Positions 24,570-34,700 of a stretch of DNA of 57,875 nucleotides are shown in pieces. The notes below the pieces were generated by a model. That model was not told the origin of the DNA, did no database searches, and worked only from the letters and a program-made list of their open reading frames with translations. The stretch lies in NCBI GenBank assembly GCA_024274695.1, contig JAJSAI010000014.1:1-57875 (forward strand). Reading direction: 5' to 3'. Position 1 is the first letter of the stretch; each line of letters begins with the position of its first letter. The DNA is from an archaeon (GTDB taxonomy: Archaea; B1Sed10-29; JAJSAI01). The translations under genes were made by a program, and so were the position numbers.

Positions 24570-24913
24570 TTTTTATCCTCCTCAAGCGCTTTCCTGACCA
24601 CGTTGACCCCTGCGCTTATGACTCCGGTGACCGCGCTCACAACATCATCCGCCCAGTCCTTGTCAGGACCGCTCTTTTCCTTGTACGAGAGTTCTATCTT
24701 GTCAGGTATCCTGTAAGGCGCTCCTCTTTTCGATTCTATCACTATCGGCTCCAGTTCTTCGTACCCCTTGCTTTTTTTCCCAGAGGCCTTTTTCTCTGGG
24801 AGTAGAGCGTAAACCCCGCACGCGAAGAGCGCGAACAACCCGAGCTTTTCGTATCCTGAAGACGCTAGCACGTACCAGAAGAAAAGCCCCATCAGGAACG
24901 CCCAGAGTCTCAC
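24566..24913 (-). CDS. Small 2-TM membrane protein, paralog 1 of 3
   Basis: 115 aa. TM hairpin, then LLPEKKASGKKSKG, then EPIVIESKRGAPYRIPDKIELSYKEK, then an amphipathic tail. Same architecture as the next two genes. Confidence 0.6.
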   Translation of the reverse strand: MRLWAFLMGLFFWYVLASSGYEKLGLFALFACGVYALLPEKKASGKKSKGYEELEPIVIESKRGAPYRIPDKIELSYKEKSGPDKDWADDVVSAVTGVISAGVNVVRKALEEDKK

Positions 24914-24931
24914 GGTCTTCCCACCATCCTT

Positions 24932-25276
24932 TTACTCGAACAGCCAGTTGAAGAACTTAACGAGCCCCTTGCCTATGGCTCCTATCCCTTTGGGGATGTT
25001 GCTGACGCCCCTGTAGGGCCCGTAGTCGCTTTTCTTGTACGTTATCTTGAGCTTCGGGGGGTACAAGTAGGGGGGTTCTCCCTCGTCCTCGTAAATGACA
25101 GGGTGAAGGATAACTTCTTCTTCCTCTTTTTTCTTTCCTCCCGCTTTCTTCTTCTCCGGCCAGACTGCTCCTGCCACGAGCAGCAGTACTCCTGCCCAGA
25201 ACAGTATCCCGTACCCTGGAAGGTACAGGGCAGTCAGGCAAAATACTATTCCAAGAGCAATTGCCCCAGTTCTCAT
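24932..25276 (-). CDS. Small 2-TM membrane protein, paralog 2 of 3
   Basis: Start at MRTGAIALGIVF (ATGA overlap with the upstream stop). ...VWPEKKKAGGKKKEEEE...HPVIYEDEGEPPYLYPPKLKITYKK... The ORF-track start at 25351 is an overlap artefact. Confidence 0.6.
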   Translation of the reverse strand: MRTGAIALGIVFCLTALYLPGYGILFWAGVLLLVAGAVWPEKKKAGGKKKEEEEVILHPVIYEDEGEPPYLYPPKLKITYKKSDYGPYRGVSNIPKGIGAIGKGLVKFFNWLFE

Positions 25277-25608
25277 GATAACAGCCAGTCCACAAACCTT
25301 TTGGTCAGGTTTCCTACAAGATTTCCAGTTGTTTTGCCCGCCTCCTTCCATCTGGTCGGAGGCTTTCCGGGCTCTGTTATTGTTATTTCTTCAGGGTAAA
25401 TGGACTCTGGTCCTTCGTACTTTCTTTTTACGATTATGGGCTGCACTTTCACCCTGGCCCCAGACCCTTTAGATTTTTTGGCAGGCTCTCTTGACACGAG
25501 CACCAGGATGGCTGCTGCTATTACTGCCGGGACGAGCACGCTCTCAACGTAGATGCCTGCGAGCACGAGCACCATGGCAAGGGCGAGCGTGCTTGCTCTC
25601 ATGTTCAT
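25273..25608 (-). CDS. Small 2-TM membrane protein, paralog 3 of 3
   Basis: 111 aa. TM hairpin, then SREPAKKSKGSG, then QPIIVKRKYEGPESIYPEEITITEPGK, then an amphipathic tail. ATGA overlap with the upstream gene. Confidence 0.6.
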   Translation of the reverse strand: MNMRASTLALAMVLVLAGIYVESVLVPAVIAAAILVLVSREPAKKSKGSGARVKVQPIIVKRKYEGPESIYPEEITITEPGKPPTRWKEAGKTTGNLVGNLTKRFVDWLLS

Positions 25609-25895
25609 CCTCCCAGGAGCCTCATGAGCTCAGGGGAGTAGTACTCTCCCCCTCCTTTCTCGCTCTTGGCCGCGCCGTACAATATTATTCCGGCTAGTAT
25701 TCCCAGGAAGATCCACCAGTACTTGGAGTACCCGAAGTAGACCATCGCGAGCACTAGCACTCCTATGACCGTTATTGGAACGCTTCTGGCGAGCACGATC
25801 AGGACAATGAACGTCAGGTAAAACAGGGTTTCCAGCCCCTGCTGTAGCGCGAGGAAGGACACGAGCAACAGTATTATCAGGCTCATGGGGTCCAT
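25605..25895 (-). CDS. Small 3-TM membrane protein, hypothetical
   Basis: 96 aa, almost entirely hydrophobic, with the tail AAKSEKGGGEYYSPELMRLLGG. Confidence 0.55.
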   Translation of the reverse strand: MDPMSLIILLLVSFLALQQGLETLFYLTFIVLIVLARSVPITVIGVLVLAMVYFGYSKYWWIFLGILAGIILYGAAKSEKGGGEYYSPELMRLLGG

Positions 25896-25904
25896 GATAT
25901 CATC

Positions 25905-26129
25905 TCACTTGAACGCTTCTCCGAACTTTTCAAGGAAAGGGTATCCGAAGAAGAATATCAGGATTATTATCACGAGCTCGGGGTGAGAGTAGAAGGTGAG
26001 GTATCCTACTATAGCTGCGAGAATGATCCCCAAGGCCTTTGATTTTGTCAGGTCAGTCCCCCACTTTACTAGGTACACGAAGAATATGAGCGTGAAAGCC
26101 AGCCTCAGGTCAGTCCAAAGGTCCGCCAT
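25905..26129 (-). CDS. Small 2-TM membrane protein, hypothetical
   Basis: 74 aa. On the minus strand it is preceded by a TATA-like CCTTTTTATACC and GGAGG elements within 26130-26198. Confidence 0.55.
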   Translation of the reverse strand: MADLWTDLRLAFTLIFFVYLVKWGTDLTKSKALGIILAAIVGYLTFYSHPELVIIILIFFFGYPFLEKFGEAFK

Positions 26130-26198
26130 CCTTTTTTCCTCCTTTCCTCCTAAAGAAAAAGGGAGAACAGGGTATAAAAAGGTTGGTTTCAGAGGTGC

Positions 26199-27002
26199 CT
26201 AGATTATTCTCTTGAAGTCCTCCCATTTCCTGCCGACCTCTTTTTCCACGACTGGCTTCAGGTTTTTCCACACCCTAAGGAATGCCTTTTTCCTTCTTTC
26301 TAGTTCTTGCTTGCTCAGCTCCTTCACTATCATCATTTCCCTCAGATTCTTTTCAAACCCTCTTGGTTTGTATTCCAGTCTTCTCGCGCACCATAACCTC
26401 CAAGGGTCCGCGGGCACGTGGGTTTTGTTCAGCGCGAAAAGCGTTTGAAGGAGCATGTCAATCCCGTAACAAAAGCAATGGTGTGCTGCCAGAATATCTC
26501 CTCTGCGCACCCATTTTTCAGGCACATTAACGCAGAAGTAGTGGCTTTGCTCGAGGCCTTCCATCAAAAGCCATTTCCTCTCTTTTTCGGAGAGCACTGT
26601 CTTCTTTTTTATGAGCCGTTCGATCTTTTTCTGGGGATCGTATAATATCCTGTGCTGGGAGTACGCCCATTTCCTTTCAGGGTCCCAGCGTTCTTTCAGT
26701 GCTTTCTCGTACTCTACTATAGTCCAGTCTATTTTTACTTCTCTTACCCCGTATTTTCTGGAGTCTGGCTCGCTTAGGGGAACCCATACCTCTCCTTCTC
26801 TAGCGAGCCCGATCCGGGCGCCCTTGCTGACGAAGATCGTCATGTCAATGTCGGAGAACTTGTCGGCATAACCCCTCCCAAGACTACCCAGGCAAACTAT
26901 TCCCAGGACTCCCTTTTTCTTTTTCAGTCTCTCCGCGTACTCGCGCGCTACTTTTTCGTGCAGTTCTATTATGTTCTTGCCCCTGAGTCCCTGGGTCTTC
27001 AT
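26199..27002 (-). CDS. Pol-beta-superfamily nucleotidyltransferase, KNTase-like (NTase domain plus helical C-domain)
   Basis: The GS-x9-13-DxD signature LGSLGRGYADKFSDIDMTIFV, followed by a helical domain of about 150 aa. 267 aa. Confidence 0.7.
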   Translation of the reverse strand: MKTQGLRGKNIIELHEKVAREYAERLKKKKGVLGIVCLGSLGRGYADKFSDIDMTIFVSKGARIGLAREGEVWVPLSEPDSRKYGVREVKIDWTIVEYEKALKERWDPERKWAYSQHRILYDPQKKIERLIKKKTVLSEKERKWLLMEGLEQSHYFCVNVPEKWVRRGDILAAHHCFCYGIDMLLQTLFALNKTHVPADPWRLWCARRLEYKPRGFEKNLREMMIVKELSKQELERRKKAFLRVWKNLKPVVEKEVGRKWEDFKRII

Positions 27003-27015
27003 GATCGCCCTGTCT

Positions 27016-27369
27016 TCAGAATTTCTTGAACCGGGGGCTTGCCCAGAAGCCCTGCAGTCCGAAGATTATCATTCCCGAGAGCATGTAGGCCATGATGATG
27101 TAGGTGGTCCACACTCCTGCTGTTACCGGCAGGAGCCTTATACCAAAAATGTAAAAGAGGATCGCTGTTATGAGGTAGGTGGTGAGCCTGGTTCCTATCA
27201 CCATTCTCACGAAACTGTAGATCATGACCAGGATGTAGAACTGGAAGAGTATCCTGAATATGGGGATTGTTAGGATGGCGACGGTCATTCCCCCGATTAT
27301 CACCAGGAAGATGAGGGCCAGGATTATGAACGGGAGTATGAAAAAGCCCCTGCTTTTTTCCAGGATCAT
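27016..27369 (-). CDS. Polytopic (about 4 TM) small membrane protein, hypothetical
   Basis: 117 aa. 4-nt overlap with the upstream gene. Confidence 0.55.
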   Translation of the reverse strand: MILEKSRGFFILPFIILALIFLVIIGGMTVAILTIPIFRILFQFYILVMIYSFVRMVIGTRLTTYLITAILFYIFGIRLLPVTAGVWTTYIIMAYMLSGMIIFGLQGFWASPRFKKF

Positions 27370-27749
27370 CTTAGCAACGCCCTCCTCCTGCTCGCCGCTG
27401 ACTTGGCCGTGTCAGGAGGCAGGTCCCCTCCTCCTGCGCTGGCCATCGGTCCCGCGATAGACAGGTCGTACAATACCATGGTGAACCCAAAGGCTATGGC
27501 GAAGTACACTATCATCAGGGGTCCGAACAAGTGCCAGTACTGGAAGAGCATCAGGTACCCTAGTATGAGCACTAACGCGGTGATTATCGGGCCTCCTTCG
27601 AACCTGCTCCTGACGAAGGAGATCACGAACAAGAGCACGATTATCTTGAACCCGAACCACATCAAGTCCCAGTCGCTCTTCACTCCGGCCAGTGTCAAGA
27701 ACCTGTCCAGTATCCCCAGTACAGCCAGGACCGTCACGTTACTGATCAT
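27366..27749 (-). CDS. Polytopic (about 4 TM) small membrane protein, hypothetical
   Basis: 127 aa with an Arg-rich C-terminus (AASRRRALLR). Confidence 0.55.
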   Translation of the reverse strand: MISNVTVLAVLGILDRFLTLAGVKSDWDLMWFGFKIIVLLFVISFVRSRFEGGPIITALVLILGYLMLFQYWHLFGPLMIVYFAIAFGFTMVLYDLSIAGPMASAGGGDLPPDTAKSAASRRRALLR

Positions 27750-27797
27750 GCGGTAGAACAGAAGAACCCGAGGATTATAAAAGTTACTGGGGAAATG

Positions 27798-28766
27798 TCA
27801 TGTGGAAGATTTTACCAGAGAGCCGCTCTCGTCACAATAGTACGTGGACGTGGTTTTGCCCAGTTCAGTGTCAAGAGCGGTTAGCGTTACCTTGTCCTTC
27901 CAGCCTGTTATCTTGAACTCCTCTCCTCCATGCTTTTTGAAGAAGGCTTCCATCTCATACCATACTATATCATGGTGCTCGGGTTTAGGCACGTACACTC
28001 CGCTCTCGTCTGTGACCCACGTGAAGCCAGCGAACTTTTTTACCGCGTGGGCGGTCACCTTAAGCTCTGACAGGCCATTCGGTCCGCTGGGACAGTGTTT
28101 CCCTTCAAGCCCTCCTCCGAGCTCTTCCCTTATTCCCTCCGCCCATTCGGCCCACGCCCTGACTGGATCCGGAGTGCAGACCGTAATATCGTTCTCTGGT
28201 AGTACGCCTATCTTCTCGTACCCGTCAGGAGTCGGTATCTTCATCCAAACGTCTTTCCTTATGTCGTCGAACTGGCTGGAGTCTAGGGTGATGCACACTC
28301 GTCCGTCAGGGTGTTCCTCCTTGAAGAGGTCCTTTGAAACGCTGTGAATAGCATTGCTTATCTCCGTGTCATCAGGGGTTTCCGGCTCGCTCCCCTTGAA
28401 CACGAACGTCTTCCGCGTGGCGTCCACTGCGTTCACGACCGCTTCTGATGTCATCAGGCTAATCTCTTTTGAAACCCGCGCCTCCAGGGCGCCGAGTATG
28501 TCACTCTTTCCTTCCAGAGGGCTCTCCTCTATCTCCATTACTCGGGCCTTGACCGCGTTCTGTGTTTCCGCCTCCACGTTCGCCTTGACCACCTTGATGT
28601 TAATGTAGTCAGTTGAGGTTATCGAGCTTCCGGCCAGCGCTCTGGACGTCCGGAGGTCATTTTCTGCCATCATGCTGGCCGCGAGAATAGCCAGGATCAC
28701 CATGGTGGTGCCAACCAAAGGGGTGAATAAAGAAAAGCCCCTGTTCCTTTTCCGTGCGAAGGACAT
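27798..28766 (-). CDS. Class-III-signal (type IV pilin-like) secreted protein, 322 aa
   Basis: The N-terminus MSFARKRNRG|FSLFTPLVGTTMVILAILAASMM has a basic leader, a Gly, then a hydrophobic helix. Its ATG overlaps the giant gene's stop (TAATG). Confidence 0.65.
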   Translation of the reverse strand: MSFARKRNRGFSLFTPLVGTTMVILAILAASMMAENDLRTSRALAGSSITSTDYINIKVVKANVEAETQNAVKARVMEIEESPLEGKSDILGALEARVSKEISLMTSEAVVNAVDATRKTFVFKGSEPETPDDTEISNAIHSVSKDLFKEEHPDGRVCITLDSSQFDDIRKDVWMKIPTPDGYEKIGVLPENDITVCTPDPVRAWAEWAEGIREELGGGLEGKHCPSGPNGLSELKVTAHAVKKFAGFTWVTDESGVYVPKPEHHDIVWYEMEAFFKKHGGEEFKITGWKDKVTLTALDTELGKTTSTYYCDESGSLVKSST

Positions 28767-31700
28767 TAGTCTTCACTCTCTGACTGAGCGCTTACATACT
28801 CCTGGTAATGCTCGTAGTCAGCATTAGGCCCTTTTGTCACGCACCAACCCTCTTTAGTTGCAAGACCCCCTTCACAGTACAAGCATGAGCCTTTAGAGTT
28901 TTGCGCCAGGCATGTCCAGCTACAATAGCCGTTTGCCTTGTTCACGCACAGGGCTTCATCTGGACACTTAAGAGTTACTTTCTCAGTATCGCACAGCTTC
29001 CAGTTGGATAACCCGTGGCAGATGACCTTGTATCCGCAGTTTTCTCCAGATCCCGATTCTGAAGGGCCCTTCTTTTCCGCACCAGTCACAGTATAATAAC
29101 TACCCCATGGAGATATTGTGTAGGTTATGGTCCCCCCTGAATCTTCAGAACCCATGATCACGTTTACTCTCAGGTTTCCGAGGCCAATGGGTAGAGATAT
29201 AGTGGTACCATCTGAGGGGAAGGAGCCTCCCTTGATCTTTAGGTGAATGTACGGAACAAACCCTTTCGGGCTGAACTTTAGAGTTTCGGTGGAGGACCAG
29301 ATTGTTTTGGTTTCTACACCTACTGTGATCTCAGTGCCCTCTGCTTGCAAGGGAATAATATCTATCTCATCTGCGAACACGTTGAGTGGAACATAACAAT
29401 CTAGTGCAATATGCTTTTTATCCTCGCCAGTGTATCTCATGTTACCGCAAAAGGCAGCGCACTTTCCGTAGAATACTCTTTTATCATTCTCTCCAGCAGG
29501 ACTGGGAGCATCTTTTACTACAAGGTTCTTGTTGGAGATCTTGATCAGTTTTCTTCCTGCAGTCATACCATTTATTGTGTCAAGGGTGTTCTGTTGAATG
29601 CCTTTCATTGTGGTAGGGGTGGATGGGATCTCGCATGCTTGGATTCCAGGGGCTGATGAGAGATACAGTGCTATCGTCTTATGTTCGCTGGTCGTGGTAT
29701 AGTACAAAACTTTCGCAAGCGTCTTATAGTCTCCTTCCTTGAATTCCATTATCACCTTCCCGAGGTCGTTGTCCGCAACGGTGGTTATGCTGTTGTCCTG
29801 GCCGCTGCCGAGCCGTTCGCTCAGCAGGCTGGATATCTTACTTTCCTTGCCTTGGGGTATTGACAGGTACACGTGGTTTGCTGTCTCCCAGTATACCGCA
29901 GTGTCTTCTGGCAGGGTCCAGCCAGCCTTCTCGCTGACAGCGGCCTTGAAGTTCAGTATCTCCGAGTACTCTCCAACCTGTTCTGGGGTGAAGTCTGACG
30001 GTCTCCCGATAATAATGTACGGCCAGGAGACTTCCTCAGGAGAGCTCCTGTAGACTACTCTCACCTGGTCTTCTCCGACTTCTTCCCCTTCCTCCACAAC
30101 ATCCTTGCCGGTTTTCTCGTGGATTATGTTCCTTATCTGGGCCTTCTCGTCTTCTGACAGGCTTGTTCCCAGCAAGTTGAGCACTTCGTAGTCTGTTCTG
30201 GAGGTTATCCACTTCCCGTCACGTATTTCCAGAACCTCATTTCCTTTGGAGAAGCGGATTATGTTATCAATGAACTCTTTCACGCTGTCCAGCGTTGGCC
30301 CGACAATATGCAGGTAGTTGTTCTTGTCAAGGTACGCGAGCCCTGCCGCCGGGAACCTGTTCTCGAGCTCGGGCACGTTCTCCCAGAGGTCCTGGCACGC
30401 CTGCTGTGTTTCGTCGAAGCATGTTTCTATTATCAGGTTGTGAGTGTACTCCTCGTCTCCCAGGACGCTCCTGGAGTAGGATACGCTGTAGCCTTCTTTT
30501 TCTCCAACGCCCCACAGAGCGTTCATGAGCTTGTGGACCTCTTCCTCTATTGACTTCCCTGTCGTTATCACCACCCGGGTCTGGTATACGGACGGCCGCT
30601 TCTCCGCAATGCTGCTGGCGTCCGCAGGTATGAACGCGAGGAAGTTCTCAAGCTTTTCCTTCGGATTCATGTCCGAGAGTTTTCCTGTCTCGTAGTACCT
30701 TAGTTTTTTAGTGGTCCCTTCCGCGGTCTGGTAGTTCGTGGTCTTCACGGTCCCGTATCCTATCTCAGGCCAGAAGTCTGTGAACACTTCGTCGTCTAAT
30801 CCTAATGTGTTCACCGCGATGTACATTTCGTCTTTGTTGAGTTTGTAGTACACGCTCCTGAACGCCTGGTTCGGTGTTTTGGCTCCCGTGAGTATCTGGG
30901 CGAGGGTCGCGAAAGCGTCAGGGTCAAAAGTTTCCCCTTTCTTCAGGGTCTTTGAGAAGTCTGCTGAGATAACTTCAACTCCTCCCGCGGGGGCTGCTGC
31001 TTCTTCTTGTACTGTGGCCTTGTACTCTATGGGGACTTTCTTGGTGATCCCGTTCTTTTCTGCAGTGAACTCTCCTTTCACGTCAATGTTCGTGTTTGTT
31101 GACGGGAACGGCGCGTACAATGTTATGCTCGCGCTGAACGTTATCTGGGACTCGTCTGACTCTACCTTTACGTTCTCCGCGCTGCATCTCCACGCTCCGG
31201 ACGCGAGGCAGTCCGCGGTTCCCTCGTCAGAGGACACTTCCGCTTTGAGCACGCTGGCTCCTGACACGCTCACGCCATCGCACCTGTTGTTGAGGATGAT
31301 GCTGACGTCGTTCTTTTGGCTTATTATCAGGGTATTGTCTTCAGAGTCCAGCCGGTCTGGGTAGCAGGCTTTGATCTTCATTGGCACGGTCACTGGCTTG
31401 TCAAAGTAGGGTTGTCCCGCGATCCTCTCGTCAGACTCTATAATCATTTGAGCGTTCTGGTCCTGGTCTAAGAGTTCCTTCCAGGGGAAGTCCCTTCTTT
31501 CGTTAGATAGCAGGCACAGCCCCAGGTCCAGTTTTATCCCGTTTTCCGAGTCTGTTATCCCTCCCTCCACGCTCTTGTCCAGGGTGCAGACGGTTTCTCC
31601 TGCCTGGGTGATTTCAATTCTCTTGATGTACTTGGATGTTAGGATTGTGTTCGTGTTGAGGTCCTTGAGCGGCACTGTCACTTCTGGAGTGAACTCGTCA

Positions 31701-34700
31701 ATGTCTATTTCTTCCGGCGACTGGACTTTCATGAACCCGCCTACTGGCGCGGACATGCTGGCGAGGGAGTGTTCTTCTGATCCTGTCGTTACTTTCAGCT
31801 CGTACCCCATCTTGCCGTAGAACGTGGCCTTGACAGGGATGCTGATGCTCGCCTGCTGGAACTTGTCTCCGGCTATCTCCAGAACAACGTCCTCCGGGCT
31901 ATTTCCTTGGGCTGGCTCGCAGGCGGTAGCCTCAGGAGACACTGAACAGGACGCTGCGCTTCTGCTGACCGCATTCTCTTCTCCAGAGTATTCCAGGGAG
32001 ATCTTGTCCGGCACGAGTGGGACATCTCCTTTTTTAATCAAGCTGATGTCCAGCGTGGCTTCTTCTCCTATCTTGAGCGCGCAGGCGCCCGGCTGGCTGG
32101 GGTTGCAGATGTTCCCGTCCTCGTCTGTCATGCTCGTGCTCCAGCACAAGGGCACTTCTTCTGAGCACTTGTAGTCCTTGGTCCACGGGGATATTGGCAC
32201 GGTGACATCCAGGCTCCTGCCGCCGACGCTCACGTTCAGGGTGTCTGTTTCGGGTATGAACCCGTAGAGTCCCAGGTTGATCACGAGACTGTCCCCGTAC
32301 GCGATTCCCTTGTAGTCTTTGACGGTAGCCTGGCGGTAGGTCCCCTGGCCGTTACTGTAGTCCGTCCCAAGAGTGTACTCAAGTTTTGCTCCGCGTTCTT
32401 CTCCTGAGTGGAGAACTGCTTTTGCAGAATCTCCTGCTCCCTTAACAAGCCTGAAGTAACCTTCCTGCGTGCTGATTCTCACTGTGTCCGAGAGTGTGTC
32501 CGTGCCGTAGTAGGATAGCACTATCTGGTATTTTCCTGTCCTGCCCTCTTCTAAGCGTATGTTGGCAGGTTCTTTTGCTTCCCACTCCATTTCAACAGCA
32601 GGTGCTTCAGAGTAAGTTATGTGGTCTGCGGTGTACTTTGTGCGCTCTGTGCACTTGTACGTTTTTTCGACCTCGCATCCCATGCTTTCAAGGTATTCTG
32701 GCAGGGAGTCGTAGCAGGAGAAAGCCAACATTACCTGTTTTCCTGGGCAAGAGAGAGAATAGTAGTGCCCCTCTTTTGTTGTTTTTGTCAGGGACTTTGG
32801 CTTGTTGAGTACTATCGTCTGCCCTCCGTTCTTCTCCTGTGCCAGCTTCAGCGTCCCGTCACACTTTATCATGAGCGCGATTTTCCCTTTCTCGTCTGGC
32901 GTCACCTTCCCCACGTCATTGAAAGAAAGAACCCCGTCTTCTGCGGTCAGCGTTTTCTGTTCTCTGAATTCAAGGGTTATCCGAGCTTCTTTCGTTATTT
33001 CCAGCGTGTCATCCTTCCATTCCACTTTTTTGTCCTGGTAGGAGTAAGAGTACCATTTTTTGACCGTGCCTATTCTCACTGTCGCTTTTCCAGCACAGCT
33101 CCCGCTTATTTCAAGCTTATTCAGGCTGAAGCTGGTCTTGGATGGGGAGTCTGTCACTATCACCACAGGGTTTGATAAGGTGTTCTTGTACTCTTTCTCC
33201 ACGGGGCTTCCTGTTCCGGAAGTCTTGTATTCTCCTGAGCCCTTCAGCCTATACACTTCCAGGCACACCTTCTGGTCTTCCGAGCAGGTTTCTGGCCTGG
33301 GTGCTTTCTCAACGTTCAGGTAGACCCTGTCTATGATGTTCTCTCCGTTGCCCAGGGTTATTGAGAGTTTTCCCTTGCCGTTGTAGTACCCTTTCCCGAC
33401 GGCGACTGCTACCACGTCCCCGGAGTATATTATGTGGTAGTTCCACTTCTGCTTGTTCTCTGTGTACGCGACAACGTTGTCGTTTCCTGTGGCGGTGTCA
33501 ACGTCAAAGTGCGTGCCGCTGCTGGACTCCTCTTTTATTGTTATTGTCTTACCCTCCAGTTCAGTGTCTGCTCCGGGCATTTGTTTGACCAGGTATGTCA
33601 GGGTGAATGGCTTCATGAACCCGACGTCGGGGATCTTTTTCCAGTAGTAGTCTTTCCCGTCTACTGTTATTGTAGCGTATTCCATTATTCCCGCGTTCTG
33701 GTTGCACACCATGGTTCCCTTTTCCCAGTCTTCTTCGGTGTACTCCTCTTCCGGCTTGCACTGGGTCTTGTCCGTGGTGATGATGACCTGCTTTTGGCTG
33801 TCGCCAGAGCCGGGCTTGACGTGGATGTACTGGTGGTACGCTCCCTTCTGGGCGGGGGTGAGCGCGTGGAGTTTCATGGTGATCGTCAGACTCTTGAAGG
33901 GCCTTAGCCCGTAGTCTGATTCAGTAGCGCCCGGGCAGTATCTTGAGATAATGTACTTGTTCCCTGTTCTCGTCACGGCGTGCGCGGTGGTTTCTCCTTC
34001 GCACTTGTACTTCACCTCGTTTACCCTGAGCAGGTTGCCTTCTCCTGAAACGCTCAGGCTGATGTCCTTGTTGTACGTTTCTGGTTTTTCGTTCACTACG
34101 GTCACGACAGCGGTCGCGTCCTCTCCTGGGGACAGTTGTACTGGGCTGGACAGTGGTCTGTTCTCAGAGTCGAACAGTGACCATATCACAGTGAGCCCTT
34201 CTCCTGGCAGGTACGTGCCCTCCCCGTTGTATGCTGTGATCTTAAATTCTTTTTCTCCTTCTCCCGGGTCTCTGACTGTCACCTGCGGCTTTTGCCATGA
34301 CCCGTGGTACCTGATGACGAGCTCCTTGCTCTCGCTTCCTTTCCAGTGCCTCACGTACACGGGGATCCTGACCTGTTTGACCGCGCTCTCCTGAGGCTGT
34401 GAATCAATTATCCTGATCTTGTTATCTCCAGCGTCGTACTCGTACTCTTGTTCTGCCTGGACAGAGATCATCTCGTCAGGAAGCTTTAGTTCTATGCTCG
34501 TGTTCTTGTACTCCTGCAGCAGCCCGTACGAGACCACAAGATAGTACCATTTTCCTGCGGTCAGTTTGTCCTGCGTTTCTCCGGAGGAGAACTCAAGGCC
34601 CATGACGTTCACTGATGCGTTGGGTCTTGTCAGGGTGATGTTGAGGGTCTTGTCAGTGTCCATTACCACTCCTGGGAGCATGGTGTAGTACGTTTCCTTT

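Noticed and set aside
27016-27369. MILEKSRG|FFILPF... as another pilin
   Set aside because: The protein is hydrophobic throughout (about 4 TM helices), not a single N-terminal helix plus globular domain.
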